Shown: positions 33,158 through 49,102 of the stretch, one piece after another
Layout: every line of letters starts with the position of its first letter
Numbering within the stretch: the stretch's first letter is position 1
NCBI RefSeq assembly: GCF_009914755.1
Contig: NC_060937.1
Length of the DNA stretch: 64,000 nt
Source of the DNA: the human T2T-CHM13v2.0 reference genome, Homo sapiens
Reading direction: 5' to 3' (one strand)
Made by a program: the position numbers and the translations under genes
The notes under the pieces: model-generated
Databases searched by the model: none
Seen by the model: the letters and a program-made list of their open reading frames with translations, nothing else
Told to the model about the DNA's origin: nothing

Positions 33158-33178
33158 CAGGAAGTGAAACTGGATTAG
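33158..33178 (+). CDS. CFAP97D2: CFAP97D2 probable terminal exon, coding part (SRK* if exon 4 is skipped; QEVKLD* if included)
   Basis: Acceptor ttttaaatccag|CAG. Exon 3 AG + C AGG AAG TGA gives ...KHRSRK*, which is the C-terminus I recall for the short human protein. Confidence 0.65.
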   Translation, partial: QEVKLD

Positions 33179-33707
33179 CAAGCGCACAGCCAAGCCTGGA
33201 CCCTAAAAGAGAAGTGAGGAAGGGTAAGGATTCAGAACACAAATCCAGAAAGAAGACAAGTGTGATGAGGGAGTCACAAGGAAGACCCACAAGGCCAGCC
33301 ATGAGCTCCCCCAGGCTAACACAGCCAGCGGTCTCAGGGCAGTGTGGGGAATCAGCCTTGCCCAGGGCCGGGGCCAGGGCAGCCCCGCTGTCTTCCTCTC
33401 TTCACTGTTATCACAGCCGGAGCAGCTGTGAAGTGCCCAGGAGGCAGCTCCTCAAACGGTGTTTCAACAATGTGCCCGAGCAGATGACGCAGCAAAACTA
33501 TTTTCTGTGCTTCTTGGACTCTGATAACTGGAAACAAACTATGCAGAGTCATGTTAGGAGGTGAGGGTTTGAATTAGATTGTTTTCTCTAGCTATGAAGA
33601 CTTATTCTGTTACTGTATTTTGAGCTGTGGTGGATTTGTCTATAATTCCTAGGTGGATTTTTAACTTACCTTAAAAGCTCTGTGATTGTTCCTTTAACAA
33701 ATATCTA

Positions 33708-33723
33708 AATAAATCAGATTAAA
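33708..33723 (+). terminator. Candidate polyadenylation signals for CFAP97D2 (AATAAA at 33708, ATTAAA at 33718)
   Basis: Hexamers about 540 nt after the stop codon. Use not demonstrated. Confidence 0.4.
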
Positions 33724-33792
33724 ATTTTTGAACGTGATGAAACTACAGCTTGACTCCAGAATACATAACCTAAGATATAAAAAAGACCCAGA

Positions 33793-34152
<360 letters not shown>

Positions 34153-34394
34153 TCAAGGGTATGTCTGAGAGCCCTTGGGATCTGCTTAGTTCTCTATCAG
34201 CCCCAGGTAAGATCCCGCCTAAGCTGTTCCACAACAATGAACATCAGCCCATGGGCAATGCCTTTTAAAAATGAGTTAAAAGACTCACACACACCTTCAT
34301 TCATTCAACAGAACTCTGCATATGTAGTCTCAGCCTCATGGAGCTGATAGCTAGCCCCTCAGAAATGTCACGGTCCCTAACTACTCTTTGCTAT

Positions 34395-34800
34395 TTATTT
34401 ATTTATTATTTTTATTTTATTTATTTATTTTTTGAGATGGATGGGATTACAGGCACATGCACCACCACTCCCAGCTAATTTTTGTATTTTTAGTAGAGAC
34501 GGGGTTTCACCATGTTGACCAGGCTGGTCTTGAATGCCTGACCTCAGGTGATCTGTCTGCCTTGGCCTCCCAAAGTACTCTTTGCTATTTTTAACCTATA
34601 TTATAGATTTAAATTTTTGTTTTGTTTTGTTTGAATGAAAATAAGAAGATAATTTCAGGCTGGGCATGGTATCGCACACCTACATTCCCAGCAGTTTGGG
34701 AGGCCAAGGTGGGAGGGTCGCATGAGCCCAGGAATTCAAGACCAGCCTGGGCCACATGATGAGACCCCGTCTCTACCAAAAAAAAAAAAAAAAAAAAAAA
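34395..34800. mobile_element. Internally deleted antisense Alu (34395-34575, TSD tactctttgctattt) and a sense Alu monomer (34658-34800)
   Basis: Alu motifs and tails read directly. Confidence 0.85.
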
Positions 34801-35900
34801 GAAGCAGCAGCTAATTTCATTCCTTATTTCATTCCTTTATGCACAAGCCCCTTTAAAATACACTTGACATGAATAGCAGAGCTTGCCTCCGGCTCCTCCA
34901 TGCAGAATTCGGCAATCCCAGGTTCCTCACCGCTCCTCAGGGTGGACCTTCCATTGACAGTGTTTAAAATCACAGACTGTGGGGTCAGACAGGCCTGGAT
35001 GTGGATTCTGGGTCTCCTGCTGATCCCCCGAGTGGACCTCCCGAAGCCTCTCCTGTGCAGCAGGTGGTGCTGGAGCCTGAGATGCCGGCATCGGGCCGGG
35101 AGGAGCTGGGCCTCTGCCCACTGCAGCCATGACCTCTCCAGGCAGCCCCGCCCCCCTGTGTCGTGAAGCGCAACTGGGCACAGGACCTCCATTAACAGTC
35201 CACGTCTGTGCTAAACTTGATGGAAAAAATGGCCTCTCCATAGCGATTTGTGTCCTTGGTTTGCAAGCCTCGAATTTGCACCTCCTTTTCGAGGTGGCAG
35301 TTTAGGGTTGACTCTGGCAGCATTTTCCGAATGTGCCTGCCTGTGTGTCCCCACCTTGTTCCACCCCACAAGGGTTGTGCTGTAGGAGTCCTGGCCTCTG
35401 CCAGCCCTCCCTGATGGGCCCTAATGCAATGAACGTCAAAGGATCTATCACAAAACTAGAAAGGCTGCTGTCTGGTCCTGAGAACATTGTTCTCTTTTCA
35501 ATCTCTCTTTCCAGAGAGCAAACAGTTTATAAAGACTGACAAATTGCTACACATAGTCAAGAAGTAGACAAAATCTTGCCATTACACAGAAGAGCCATAA
35601 TGTCAGCTCTTTTCCCTTCTGGACTTTGCTCAGAGAGTCAGTGGACAAATGAGCATCCTGCCAGCAGCCTTAGTGTAAAAACCAGCCACCCACAAGCTCT
35701 GATGACCTGAAAAGTCAAGTACCAGGTGCATTTTCAGATCCAGAGATGTGTCTGTCCCATGTTACTCTGGGTATCAAATTAATTGAAACCTATAGAACTT
35801 TGAAATGCTTTAAAACCATCATAAATATAATGGATGGAGCAGTGAGGACAGAAGCCTGTCTATCCTGTGTGAGGTGGGCACACAGGAAATACGTGTTAAA

Positions 35901-36365
35901 TATAGAAAGGAAGAAAATAAAGGAGGGAGAGAAGAAGGGAGAAGGGAAAAGAAGGTAGAAAAGTAGTCCTATAGTGGAAGAGGAGGGGAAGAGACAGAAG
36001 GAGGAGGAGGAGGACAGAGGAGGGAGGGGGAGGGGGAAGGGCTAGGGAGGGGAGGAGAAGTGAGGGGGGGAAGGGGAGGGGAGGAAGGGGAGGGGGGAGG
36101 GGGGAGGGGAAGGGGAGGGAGGGGGAGGGAAAGGGGGAGGGGAGGGAGGGGGAGGGAAAGGGGGAGGGGAGGGAGGGGGAGGGAAAGGGGGAGGGGAAGG
36201 AGGGGGAGGGAAAGGGGGAGGGGAGGGAGGGGGGATGGAAAGGGGGAGGGGAGGAGAAGCGAAGCCGGGGGAGTGGAAGGGGAGGGGAGGGAGAAGAGAA
36301 GGAGGGAGGCAAAAAGGGGAGTGGGAGGGGACTGGGGAGGACGGACAAGGAGAAAGAAGGAGGAA
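35901..36365. repeat. Polypurine (GA/G-rich) low-complexity tract
   Basis: Nearly pure A/G on the + strand, with repeated gggaaagggggaggggagggaggggga-type units. Confidence 0.95.
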
Positions 36366-37628
36366 TAAGAATTGCAGGCGTGGCCCAGGCTGGTACTGGG
36401 GTGGGGGAAGGGAGTGCCCCCTGCAGAACAGGAGGCTGTTGCCCTAGGGTATGCAGGGCTCACCTGAGGAGCCTCCTTCATTCTGAGCCCTGAGCGCCTC
36501 CTCTGCCTCACTCCGGTCCCCACCCTGCAGTGGTGAAGCCAAAGTCGGTAAAGCAGTGGCTGCTGTGTGTTTTCTCCAGGTCAGTGGGACATGGGGCTGC
36601 TGGACATCTCAGCCCTTTGGCCGTGGCTCTGCCGAGTTTGATCGCCACACTCTTCCCTGCTGCCACCAGAAGGGTCACACAAGGCCACTCTCAGGACTCC
36701 CAGACCTCATCTGTCTCAGAGAAGAACGAGGCCACTATAAAAGGGTGATGTCTTTGGCCTTAGGGGGCGTGTAGGCCCCTCTGGTTGCGATGTGGATAGA
36801 GTTCCAGATGTGAGGGAATGTTCTGGAAATGCAACCTGGGCAGCTGATGGAGTCCAGGCCCTTCGGGTGCTAACGCTGTGAAACATCTCTGTTTCAGAAA
36901 TGGGTGCCAAGCCTGGAGGGCAGGCTTGCTTAGCAAAGAAGGCAAACTCTGGTGAGCTACAGCTGGGTTCAGCACATGGGTCTGGTAGGGAAACACACAT
37001 TGAAACGTTATTAAAACCAGCAAGACTGACACAGGCGGCAGACTGTGACGTCTGTCCCATGTTACACTGAGCTTGTTTTCAGGTCCGGAGATGTGCCAAA
37101 GCCGTGCCACACTGGGCTGGAGCCACTCGTGAAATGTCATTACGCTCACACAGCTGCAAAGTTCTCAGTATTTACCAACTAGGACTTTTCTTGTATTGGT
37201 ATTTGTTTAATTGTCTTCTCTCCTCAACAGTAACTATAATGTCCTAAAACTCCGTAGACAATAAATAGTTCTTTAAAGACCAGATTTAGTTTTCATGTAA
37301 CCTACAGGTTGGGGAAGGGGAACCACAAATTGCATTGACCCTCAAAACAGTGGCTGAAATGGAAAGAACTCCTTAAACGGAACCCTTGGGGAATCCATCT
37401 GTAAAGCCCCATTGCCTCTCAGATTCTGTGATCTGGGCCTCGAGACAACCTTCAGAGTCCCTCGCTGCATGAGTGCATGTCTGGTCAGAGACTTTCAAAA
37501 ACTGAAATGCCCCAGGCCAGCAGCCATCCGCTAACAAGGACCGTGGAGAAAAGCCCATGGATGCGTGGAGAAATGGTGCCCACTAGTGGCGATCTCCAGA
37601 ATGGACGTCCTGTGAAGTAGATGCCGCT

Positions 37629-38048
<420 letters not shown>

Positions 38049-38224
38049 TCACTCTTTCTCATGTTTTTCCCAATATTTTCATCAAATCATAAATTGTGGC
38101 AAAATAATGTATAATTCTCAATACATACAAAGTAACTCAGAATAAGGAGGACTGATCAAGAAGAATGTAACCAATCACCAAGTGCCACATTCACTGAAAT
38201 CAGCAATTCATAAGCATAGTTATA

Positions 38225-38556
38225 TGTGTGGTGTTGGGCAGGGGGGCTGTGGTGTGTGTGTGTGGTCTGTGTTGTGTACACCAGTGTGTGGTGTGTGACG
38301 TCTGTGGGGTATGTGTGTGGTATGTTGTGTGTGGACTAGTGTGCAGTGTGTAGTGTGTCTGTGAGGGGTGTGCACTAGTGTGTGGTGTGTGTGTCTGTGG
38401 GGTGTGTGTGTGGTATATTGTGTGGAGTATGTCTGTTGGGTTTGCACTAGTATGTGGGGTGTGGTATGTTGTGTGTGGTGTGTGTGGACTAGTGTGCGAT
38501 GTGTAGTGTGTCTGTGGGGGGGTGTGCACCAGTGTGGGGGGTGTGTGTGTGTGTGT
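38225..38556. repeat. Degenerate TG-rich tandem repeat
   Basis: Recurrent gtgtgtgg, actagtgtg and tctgtgggg motifs. Confidence 0.9.
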
Positions 38557-40744
38557 CTATCTCCAGATTAGATGATTTCCTGCTTTTTTTCAGTGATATA
38601 CTGCTGTCATTTTTAAAAATTATCCTCAGCACTATGTTTCAGACAATAATGATAACATGTCTTGGCATAAGCAAGCTGTGTGTTAATAAAATATTTTTGA
38701 CACTGAGCAACACCTGTAAGCATTGCAAACTATCCAGAGGCAGTTGTTTTTTTCACACATCACTGTAGGAAGCTTTTCCTCATTCATCTTATGGGCCCTC
38801 ACTCACTGCGTTCCAGCCAGACTAGGTTTCTTTGCATTCCCTGAATGCCCTGGGCCTTCTCCCACCTCCACTCCCTCCCCTATCCACTGGTTCAACCAAA
38901 TCCTTCAGTTCCATCTTGGCGTCCGTTTGAGGACCGCCACTGTGGCCTCCACAGGCGTCAAGCCTGTGTTCGCAGGGCCCTCCACAATCTGCACTCCGTC
39001 ACCCGCTCCTGGCAGAACACTGGCACAGGAGACCAAAGTACACGTGGATGAGTCAATCAGAAGAACAACTTGTACTAGAAAGTGCTTTCCCAAATTTGAC
39101 ATCAAAATTGAGACCAGTGAACACTTTCATGGCTCATGACAAAGTTCATATCCACCTAACACAAAACGAGGGCATTATTCAGTTAATTTGATATACTAAA
39201 AAGATAATCAGATAACCAGCTAGAGATTATGACACTTCTGAATTGGCTGTTACCCTCATGTCGACGGGGCTGGACCCGTGTCTGTGGACAGCAGTCTTTG
39301 AGAAGCTGCAGCGGGAGCCTGTGCAGGATGACTAGTGTTGCAGTGTCCTGGGGGTGGTGGGACAGGATGCTAGGAAGAAAAGGCGTCCGGCACCTCAGGA
39401 TGCTCTGTCCGGGTGGCTCAGCTTGCTTCCCGTAGCCTCCCAGTCCTTTTACTGAAGTTTCAGGAGGTGATGCTTGGGACGCCAGGCCTGGCAGATTCCT
39501 CTCCAGGCTTCCCTTCACCCCGCAGAGCTTCCCCGCACTGGCAGAACTCGATCACTGCCACCCAGAGGGCATTGTCTCTGAAGAGGCATGGAGAGTGGGG
39601 AAGCTGCAAACCCCAGGCTGATGTTCTTGGTGTCCCCACAGCCTGCTTTTGCCTTAAAACCCCAGGTATACTCACAAATGGGTACAACACCCAAGAGGCC
39701 ATTGTCAGCTCAGGGACTTGGTTTTAGGTGCGGCTTTGGGAACTTGCTTAGGTAAGTTAGCCTTGCTGGGTCTTATTTTCCACATCAGTAAGTGCCACGA
39801 AGCTTAACATTTATAAGCCAACAGAATGCCTCAATTTTAATTAACAAACATTAATTATCAATCATTTTTTACCTGGATGGAGGTTAATTCAAAGGAAAGG
39901 TATTAACCCAGAGGGTTTTTCTTTTTAAGAGTGTTATTGTGGTGCCCATGTCCCGGCGGGGAAGCTCTGAGCTTCCTCTGCCCAACTCTGCAGGCGACGC
40001 TTATGGCCCCGTCTGTGGCGTCCAGGTGCACCTGGACAGGTCTCCAAGGCAGCGCTGGAGCAGATTTGCAGCCACAGGGTGTGGAGAAATGCAAGATGAA
40101 TTGAGACTTGATGTTTGGATAGATGTTAATTCCAAACTTGAGAACTGTCTTTGTAAAATGACAACAAAGACGTATCTGCCAATCATTGACTTCTTAATCA
40201 CTGCCTTTGCTCTTTCAAAGCCTCAACATTTTGCAGTTTCAGCCAACAGAATTCTCTAACTTTGTAAACTGCTCTCCTGTGGCGACAATACCACCTCACT
40301 CTAATCAGTGAGAAGGGTGATTGTTCTCTCTTCCTTTCAGAGTAATTTAAATTCTTGAGAAACCACTTGGCATGTTTAATATTCTGGTCATACTGAAAAT
40401 CCAAGTCTTGTTTTCCTGACCGTATTTCAGGAACTAGTTTAAGGACGGAATTATCTTTTAAAACCACAAAACAAAGATTTTTACACACTGAATTTCACAA
40501 AACTCAGTATTGCAGAATTGCAAACATGCTCTGTGACTCAGTCTCCAGGGCTTAACTTCCCCCTTGTAGTAACTTTAGAGGGTCCTGAAATTTTAGCTTC
40601 TTTAACAAGGGCAAATACTGGGAGAGAATGTAAGGGGAGGAAAATAAACAGAATGTCTTCTGTTAGACAAGCCAGCCTCTGGCATGTACACATTTGGCAG
40701 AGTTCTAATTTTGTTTGCTAACCTCCGATCACTACCTGAAATGG

Positions 40745-41047
40745 GTCTCTGCAGGATATCAAGGTGTCAGCAGCGCTGTGCTCCTGGAGCATCTAGGTGA
40801 GAATCCCGTCCCTGGCCTTTCCCAGCTTCAGGAGGCCACCTGCACTCCCAGCTCACTGTTCTTCCTTCTTTCCTTCCTCCATCTTCAAAGCCAGCGGCGT
40901 AGCGTCTTCCAGTCTCTTTGACTCTGACCCCCCGGCCTCCCTCTTTCACTTGTAAGAACTCTTGTGATTACATCATACCCACCCACATAACCCATCTTAA
41001 CTTAATCACCCCTTGCAAAGTCCATTTTGTCGTGTGAGGTAATACAC
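40745..41047 (-). mobile_element. MLT1-type MaLR LTR remnant
   Basis: 'tcaaggtgtcagcag...ctcctggag...cttcaaagccagc...taagaactcttgtgattacat...cttaacttaatcac...gcaaagtcc'. Confidence 0.75.
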
Positions 41048-41121
41048 AATATTTATGAGCCCTATCAGTTTAACCAATTAGTAAGTGTGGTAGAGGAAAT
41101 ACAACGATGGAAGGTTTAACC

Positions 41122-41548
41122 TGAGGAAAGAAAAATAGCTCAGAGCAGTCTGAACTATTTGAAGGATGCAAAATGTATCAGGACATGAGTGTGGGACTAA
41201 CTTCAGTCACTCTGCTCCCCATGCCACAGGGGCAATTGTTTAAGGCATTTTGTTCCTGACTGCTGTGTCACCCATTATTTTCATGTTTCTGGAGTCTGTG
41301 AGACAAAGAAAAATGTATAGTCAATCAATAGCTTACGTTGTTTTAATGTAAATTTTTGATAAACAACTCAGGAACTGCCCTTTCTTTCCTCCTTAAACCC
41401 CCCGCCCCCAACCAGGTACCTGCTGCTGGTTGGGTGCATACTCAGGGAAATTCAAATCTGTGCTCCCAGGTGGTCATCCTCAGGGCTTGTGCTCAAATAA
41501 ACTCCATGCTAACTCGTATTTTCTGAATCTTTCTATCTAAGGTTGACA
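41122..41548 (+). mobile_element. ERV1 solo LTR (MER72-like) with 4-bp TSD aacc
   Basis: TG...CA termini, internal AATAAA, aacc on both sides. Confidence 0.75.
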
Positions 41549-41673
41549 AACCTAAGGGGCATCATTCTAAAATCAGTAAACATGATTTTGCTGTAGGCTA
41601 TTACAGGTATAGAAGGGAAGAAAAGCACAAGAAATCTAACCAAATATAGAGACTCCAGGTCATTCTATTAGAA

Positions 41674-43565
<1,892 letters not shown>

Positions 43566-45719
43566 CTCCTGAAAGTGATTTCTGTTAAATCTCGCCCTGG
43601 CAATATTAATTACAAATTTACCTTCCAGGTACAAAACAAGGACAAGATGAGATTAGTCACTCTTCTGCCTACCCTGATATGGGCTACATAACTCTTTCCT
43701 CTACTCCCTCTTGTCAGATGTTTGCCTCATCTTATGTAAATTGTTGGTTTACTGAGCACTAATCAGAGCATCACTGTGGACCCCTCCCTTTTTTTCCTCC
43801 TGCTTGCCGTCTCCTCCTAAACACCCAGTCCCCATAACCCTATTTGGATGGCACAGTTGATGCTTCTGTGGCTTGCGTTTTTCCCGGGCCCATCATCAGA
43901 CTTCTACTGATGGAGACATTTGCCTCAGTCACTCATTTTTGGTTAACTAGGAATCTCATTAAATGGATAGAAGTCGTTGAAAATATGGCTTAAAACACAC
44001 CTCACCACATGCCTGCCCCAAGTTAATGAGCAGAGTTGATTACTGCCTGCTTGCAGAAGTGGGAAAGGAGGAGGAAAAGGAAATATACAGGGGGACAAAT
44101 TTTTAAACACAACTTCAAAATATTACCCAGTCATATATGTATACACACACATAGAAAATTACACGGCAGATTACTTACAGTAGCGTGAGAGAATTTTTGA
44201 GTGGGTGGGATTCTTTACAGCAAGTTTTTTTTTTTTTGCTTCTTTGAATTTTTTTTACTCTTTTAGGTTTTTATATTTATAAAAGTTATATTTACTTTTT
44301 AAAAGTGTCAACCTTAATATTGAGATTCAGAAATATGATTACATATAGTGTGTATTTGAGCACAGAGCCTGAGAATGGCCACCTGGACAAATGGGGTCAG
44401 CCTTTCCAAGTGGAGCTCAGGTCTCTCTTACCAGGCGGAGACAGAAGCTCCAGCAGGATCACCACAGTTCTCATATGAGACCAGGGGCACACGCCGCAGC
44501 GGTTCCATTGGTTAGGGATCTCTGTATTTGAAGGAAGATTGCGTTATAACTCCATGAGGAGGGGTAGTGATCTGAGGGGGTCTTATCTCCGGTGCCATTT
44601 GGTCTTTATTGTTTACAGGGAAAAAGGCAGAAGTTACAGCTGGGTGTGGCATGACCTAGGCCGCGTAGCCACATTCCCCTCAAGGCTCAGGTAATTCAAA
44701 GTTCCAACAGCTTCAAGTTTAAATTATTTTAAGTTTGAATGATTTAATTTCACAAAAGGTAATATATGCACATTGACTGAAATTCAAAAGCACAAAAAGA
44801 TATCCAAGGAAGTACCTCTCCCACTTCTACCATCTCTCATCTTCCAGCACTCCTTCCAGAGGCCTTGCGCTATGCCGGTTTTCTCATTTTTCCTTCCTGG
44901 GACAGTTTAGGGATTTTTCTACCTATCATTAAATTCGTATTTTACTCAAATGCAGGCATACGATAAACACGATCCTATACTTGCTTTTTCCCACATACTA
45001 TATCTTGAAGATCGTTCAATGTCCATGCAAAGCTGACTGTTCTTTTGAACAGCCAGCGAGTATTCCATTACGTGAGCGTATCATGACCTATTTACTCAGT
45101 TCCATACTTCATGGGTGTTTAAATTGTCTGCAATCTTTTGCTATTACAAACGAAACCACAGGTCATTTTGCACACATGCAAAAATGCAAATCCATGGTAT
45201 ATTTCCCAAAATAAAAATCATTAGGTTTAACAGCACGAACACCTTTAAATTTGGAAGATATTCCAATTCGTTCATCCTAGAGAGTATACCAATACCACTC
45301 ACAAAACTTGAGGGTGCCTGCTTCCCGACATTCCTGCTAGCAGTGTCATCAACCTTTGTGATCTTTGTTAACATATGAAAAGTGGTACTCTAATTTTAAT
45401 TTTTATTATGAATTAAGTTGGACTTTCTTTCGTATGTTAAAGTCTATTTGCATTTCTTTCCCTGTGAACTGTTTTTTGCCTGTCTTTCTCCTGAGCCATT
45501 GGTCTCTTCCCACTGACTTATTACATATATGTAAAGGGAATATTGGCTCTACATTATAAGGAAATTCGAATTTTGTGATAGGTTTCAAATTTTTCCCTAG
45601 GTTGTCTTTGACTTCATTTGCTGTTTGTGCACACAATTTTTTTTTTTTGTAATGAGAGTGCGTTGCTCTTATTTTTAAAATGTTGACTACATTCTGGGGA
45701 AAGAAGGCTCAGCAGCCAC

Positions 45720-46470
45720 CTGCTTTTTTGCCCGGGTGGGTGGTCCGGCCCCGAGCCCTCCTGACTCTCTCGCCAATGCCCAGAGGCGCCGCAGCGATTC
45801 CAGGGAGGCCGCGCTCTCGCCCCAAGGCAACCAGAAGCCCACGTGCCAGGAGAGGCATCGGAACCAACAACTCGGGTCCGTTTTCCCGCGCCAGATGGGA
45901 TTCGTTTGCTGTGGACTTCCGGGGCGGGGCCTGCCTGGAGCGGAAGAGCCTGGGCAGTGCACGGGGCCTGGGTGGGGGGTGCGGGTGTGGGTGGGGACCT
46001 GCGGCCTTCGAGTCCGCGGCCTTCGAGTCCTGGGGCGGCGGCGGCGGCTGCAGGCACGGGCACGGGCACGGGGCGGGGTGCTTAGGGTGCAGGAGGCGCG
46101 CGCCTAGCGGCGGAGTGTGGCGTGAGGCCGGGCCCGCGCCGCCATGAACCTAGAGCGGCTGCGGAAGCGCGTCCGGCAGTACCTCGACCAGGTGGGCGGC
46201 CCCGACTCGGGGTGCGGGGCCCAGGCCTCGCCGGGTCTTTTTCCGCGCGGCGTGGGGCTGGGGTGACTGTTGTCGGGGCTCTTGGTGGGGAAGGACTGGG
46301 CCGGCCCTGGGCCTTCATCTGGGGCCAGCAGCGCTGTCTCCGCCTCGCCCAGAAGGGAGCGGTCCCTGCAGCTGGGAGGGGCACAGCCCGGGGAGTGGAG
46401 GCCCCCGAGCGCACGGGGCGCCTCAGTCGGGTCTGAGCCTCGTTCTGCACCTGGCGCGGAGGAGGTGCCC
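45720..46470 (+). promoter_or_regulatory. CpG-island promoter and 5' UTR of CDC16
   Basis: High GC and CpG content, no TATA box seen. CACGTG at 45840, TTTCCCGC at 45882, CTTCCGG overlapping GGGGCGGGG at about 45916-45929, second GC box near 46070, Kozak context gccgccATG. Confidence 0.9.
46144..46191 (+). CDS. CDC16: Cell division cycle 16 (APC6, TPR subunit of APC/C) coding exon 1: MNLERLRKRVRQYLDQ
   Basis: Kozak ATG and CAG|gtgggc donor. The peptide matches the CDC16 N-terminus as recalled. Confidence 0.97.
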
Positions 46471-47703
46471 AGGAAACACTGACTACTCAGTGCAAGTTGA
46501 AGGACAATTTTTGGAGGAAAGTTGCAGGGCTAGCTAATAAAACATTTTTGAGAGGTTTAGTTGTAATTTTTACTGGGCTGAATTTAAGTGAATAAAGATG
46601 TGAAGAAGCCTGTTGTCTCAAATCAATACTTTAAAAATTCTCGTTAACTATGTCTGTGTTCTCTGCACTACCTTTGAATAGCAGAGAGCGTTTAAGGCAA
46701 GAAGTGTCTTCGAGAATCAGCAGCATCAGTTTTATCTATATTGTTGTTTATTTTTTGTTGAAATGCTTGCTCTTTCAGGAAATTGGAAAGAAAGGGAAAG
46801 AAAAGCCATGGTAATGCAGAGTTTTCGGAATTGGGTGCTAACTGACGTGGCCAAATGTTTGCAGTCCATTTGGAGGGCTGTGTTTTTATTTACCATGAGT
46901 CAGTTGAATTCAGTGTTTTCTGATCACTTTTTCTTCGGTACGGAGACGTAGTGAGGAATATGACAGGCCCGGTTTCCAGCCAGAGACACCGGTATTGAGC
47001 ATATTTATAACTATCCCGTTGGCATTCCTCCTGCCTCGGGCTAGCAGCAGTGGTCCTGGCTTGTCTCCAGGGGAACTGAGGCAGAGACTGTAGAAGACTG
47101 AGGACTGAGGAGCAGAACAGGGTCTAAAGCTAGCCGTAGGTCACTGTGGGTGGCCCTCATTGTCGGCTCCTTCATTTTTGTTAGACTTGGAGGAGGTGAG
47201 TTCTTCCCCATGTTCAGTGAAGCTTAGTTAATTTATGTGTGTGTGTTTTTAAACTTGAGTGTTATTAAAACTGCCACTGTGTTATATAAGGTATTTGAGT
47301 ATAGTGTTCTGTCTTCTAAATTTCACTTTGGGATTCATTAACAGCTCGTTGAAAGTGTTATATAAATCACACATGAATTGTTAATGACTAGCTTTTGCTG
47401 TTTCACTTGCATTTCACTTGTATGTTTCACGATACATTTTTACAGTGTATGAGTTTTAAAAAATTACCTTCATAAGTTGCATATACAAAGATATTACAGG
47501 AATGTTTGTATTGCGACACTGAACTAAAATTTACCCTACGTGAGATGTAAGATAGAGATGTAACAAATTGTTGTCTTGAGATGAAGATTTATTACATAGA
47601 ATTATATTAATATATTACATAGAATTATAATAATATTAGATAACTGTTTAAGACTATTAAAATAACAGGGCAGTTACCACCTTTTTTTTTTTTTGGTATG
47701 CAG

Positions 47704-47758
47704 CAACAGTATCAAAGTGCTCTATTTTGGGCAGATAAAGTAGCTTCACTCTCTCGTG
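47704..47758 (+). CDS. CDC16: CDC16 exon 2: QQYQSALFWADKVASLSR
   Basis: T tract plus gcag| acceptor; G|gtaagt donor; 55 nt, phase 0/1. Confidence 0.97.
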
Positions 47759-47857
47759 GTAAGTGACAAAATGCTAACTGGTTTTCTGATTAATCTTAAA
47801 ATTCGTTTTCTATTTCACCTTGTACCTCTGACCACTTATGTGAATTTTTCCCTCCAG

Positions 47858-47955
47858 AAGAACCCCAGGACATCTATTGGTTGGCTCAGTGTCTTTACCT
47901 GACAGCACAATATCACAGAGCCGCCCATGCACTTCGGTCACGAAAACTGGACAAA
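47858..47955 (+). CDS. CDC16: CDC16 exon 3: EEPQDIYWLAQCLYLTAQYHRAAHALRSRKLDK
   Basis: ccag| acceptor (NAGNAG); |gtaagt donor; 98 nt, phase 1/0. Confidence 0.97.
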
Positions 47956-48012
47956 GTAAGTGATGGTATGAACTTTAAAGCTCTTCAGAGCTTTAAAAAA
48001 AATGTCATTAGT

Positions 48013-48741
<729 letters not shown>

Positions 48742-49102
48742 TGAAGACTGTTTTCTAAACAGCTCTGGAATCATGGATATTCCTCTTCCTCCCCACTCGT
48801 ACGTGTCAGGCCTTTGATTTTTTTGTCTGTTCTGTTACAGCCTCTCTTCTTGTCTCTTTTCCCCAGTAACAGTTTCTCTCTTCTTATCTTCCCTGTCACA
48901 AGTTCATCTTGTGAACTATTACAGGAGTGAGTAGTCTTTAAAACACGGATGTGGTTATATTCCCACAAAGTCATTCAGTGACTTCCCATTAGCTGCAGGA
49001 TAAAGTCAGATGCATCAGTAGGTCTGTGAGGCCCTCCTTGTTTTCTCTCCACTCTGCGTCTAATCCACCACCATCAATACCTGGAGCACATGCTCCAGTC
49101 AC

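Noticed and set aside
47590-47640. Short two-copy duplications here and at 20719-20769 and 52278-52319
   Set aside because: Ordinary slippage duplications of about 20-30 bp in AT-rich introns.
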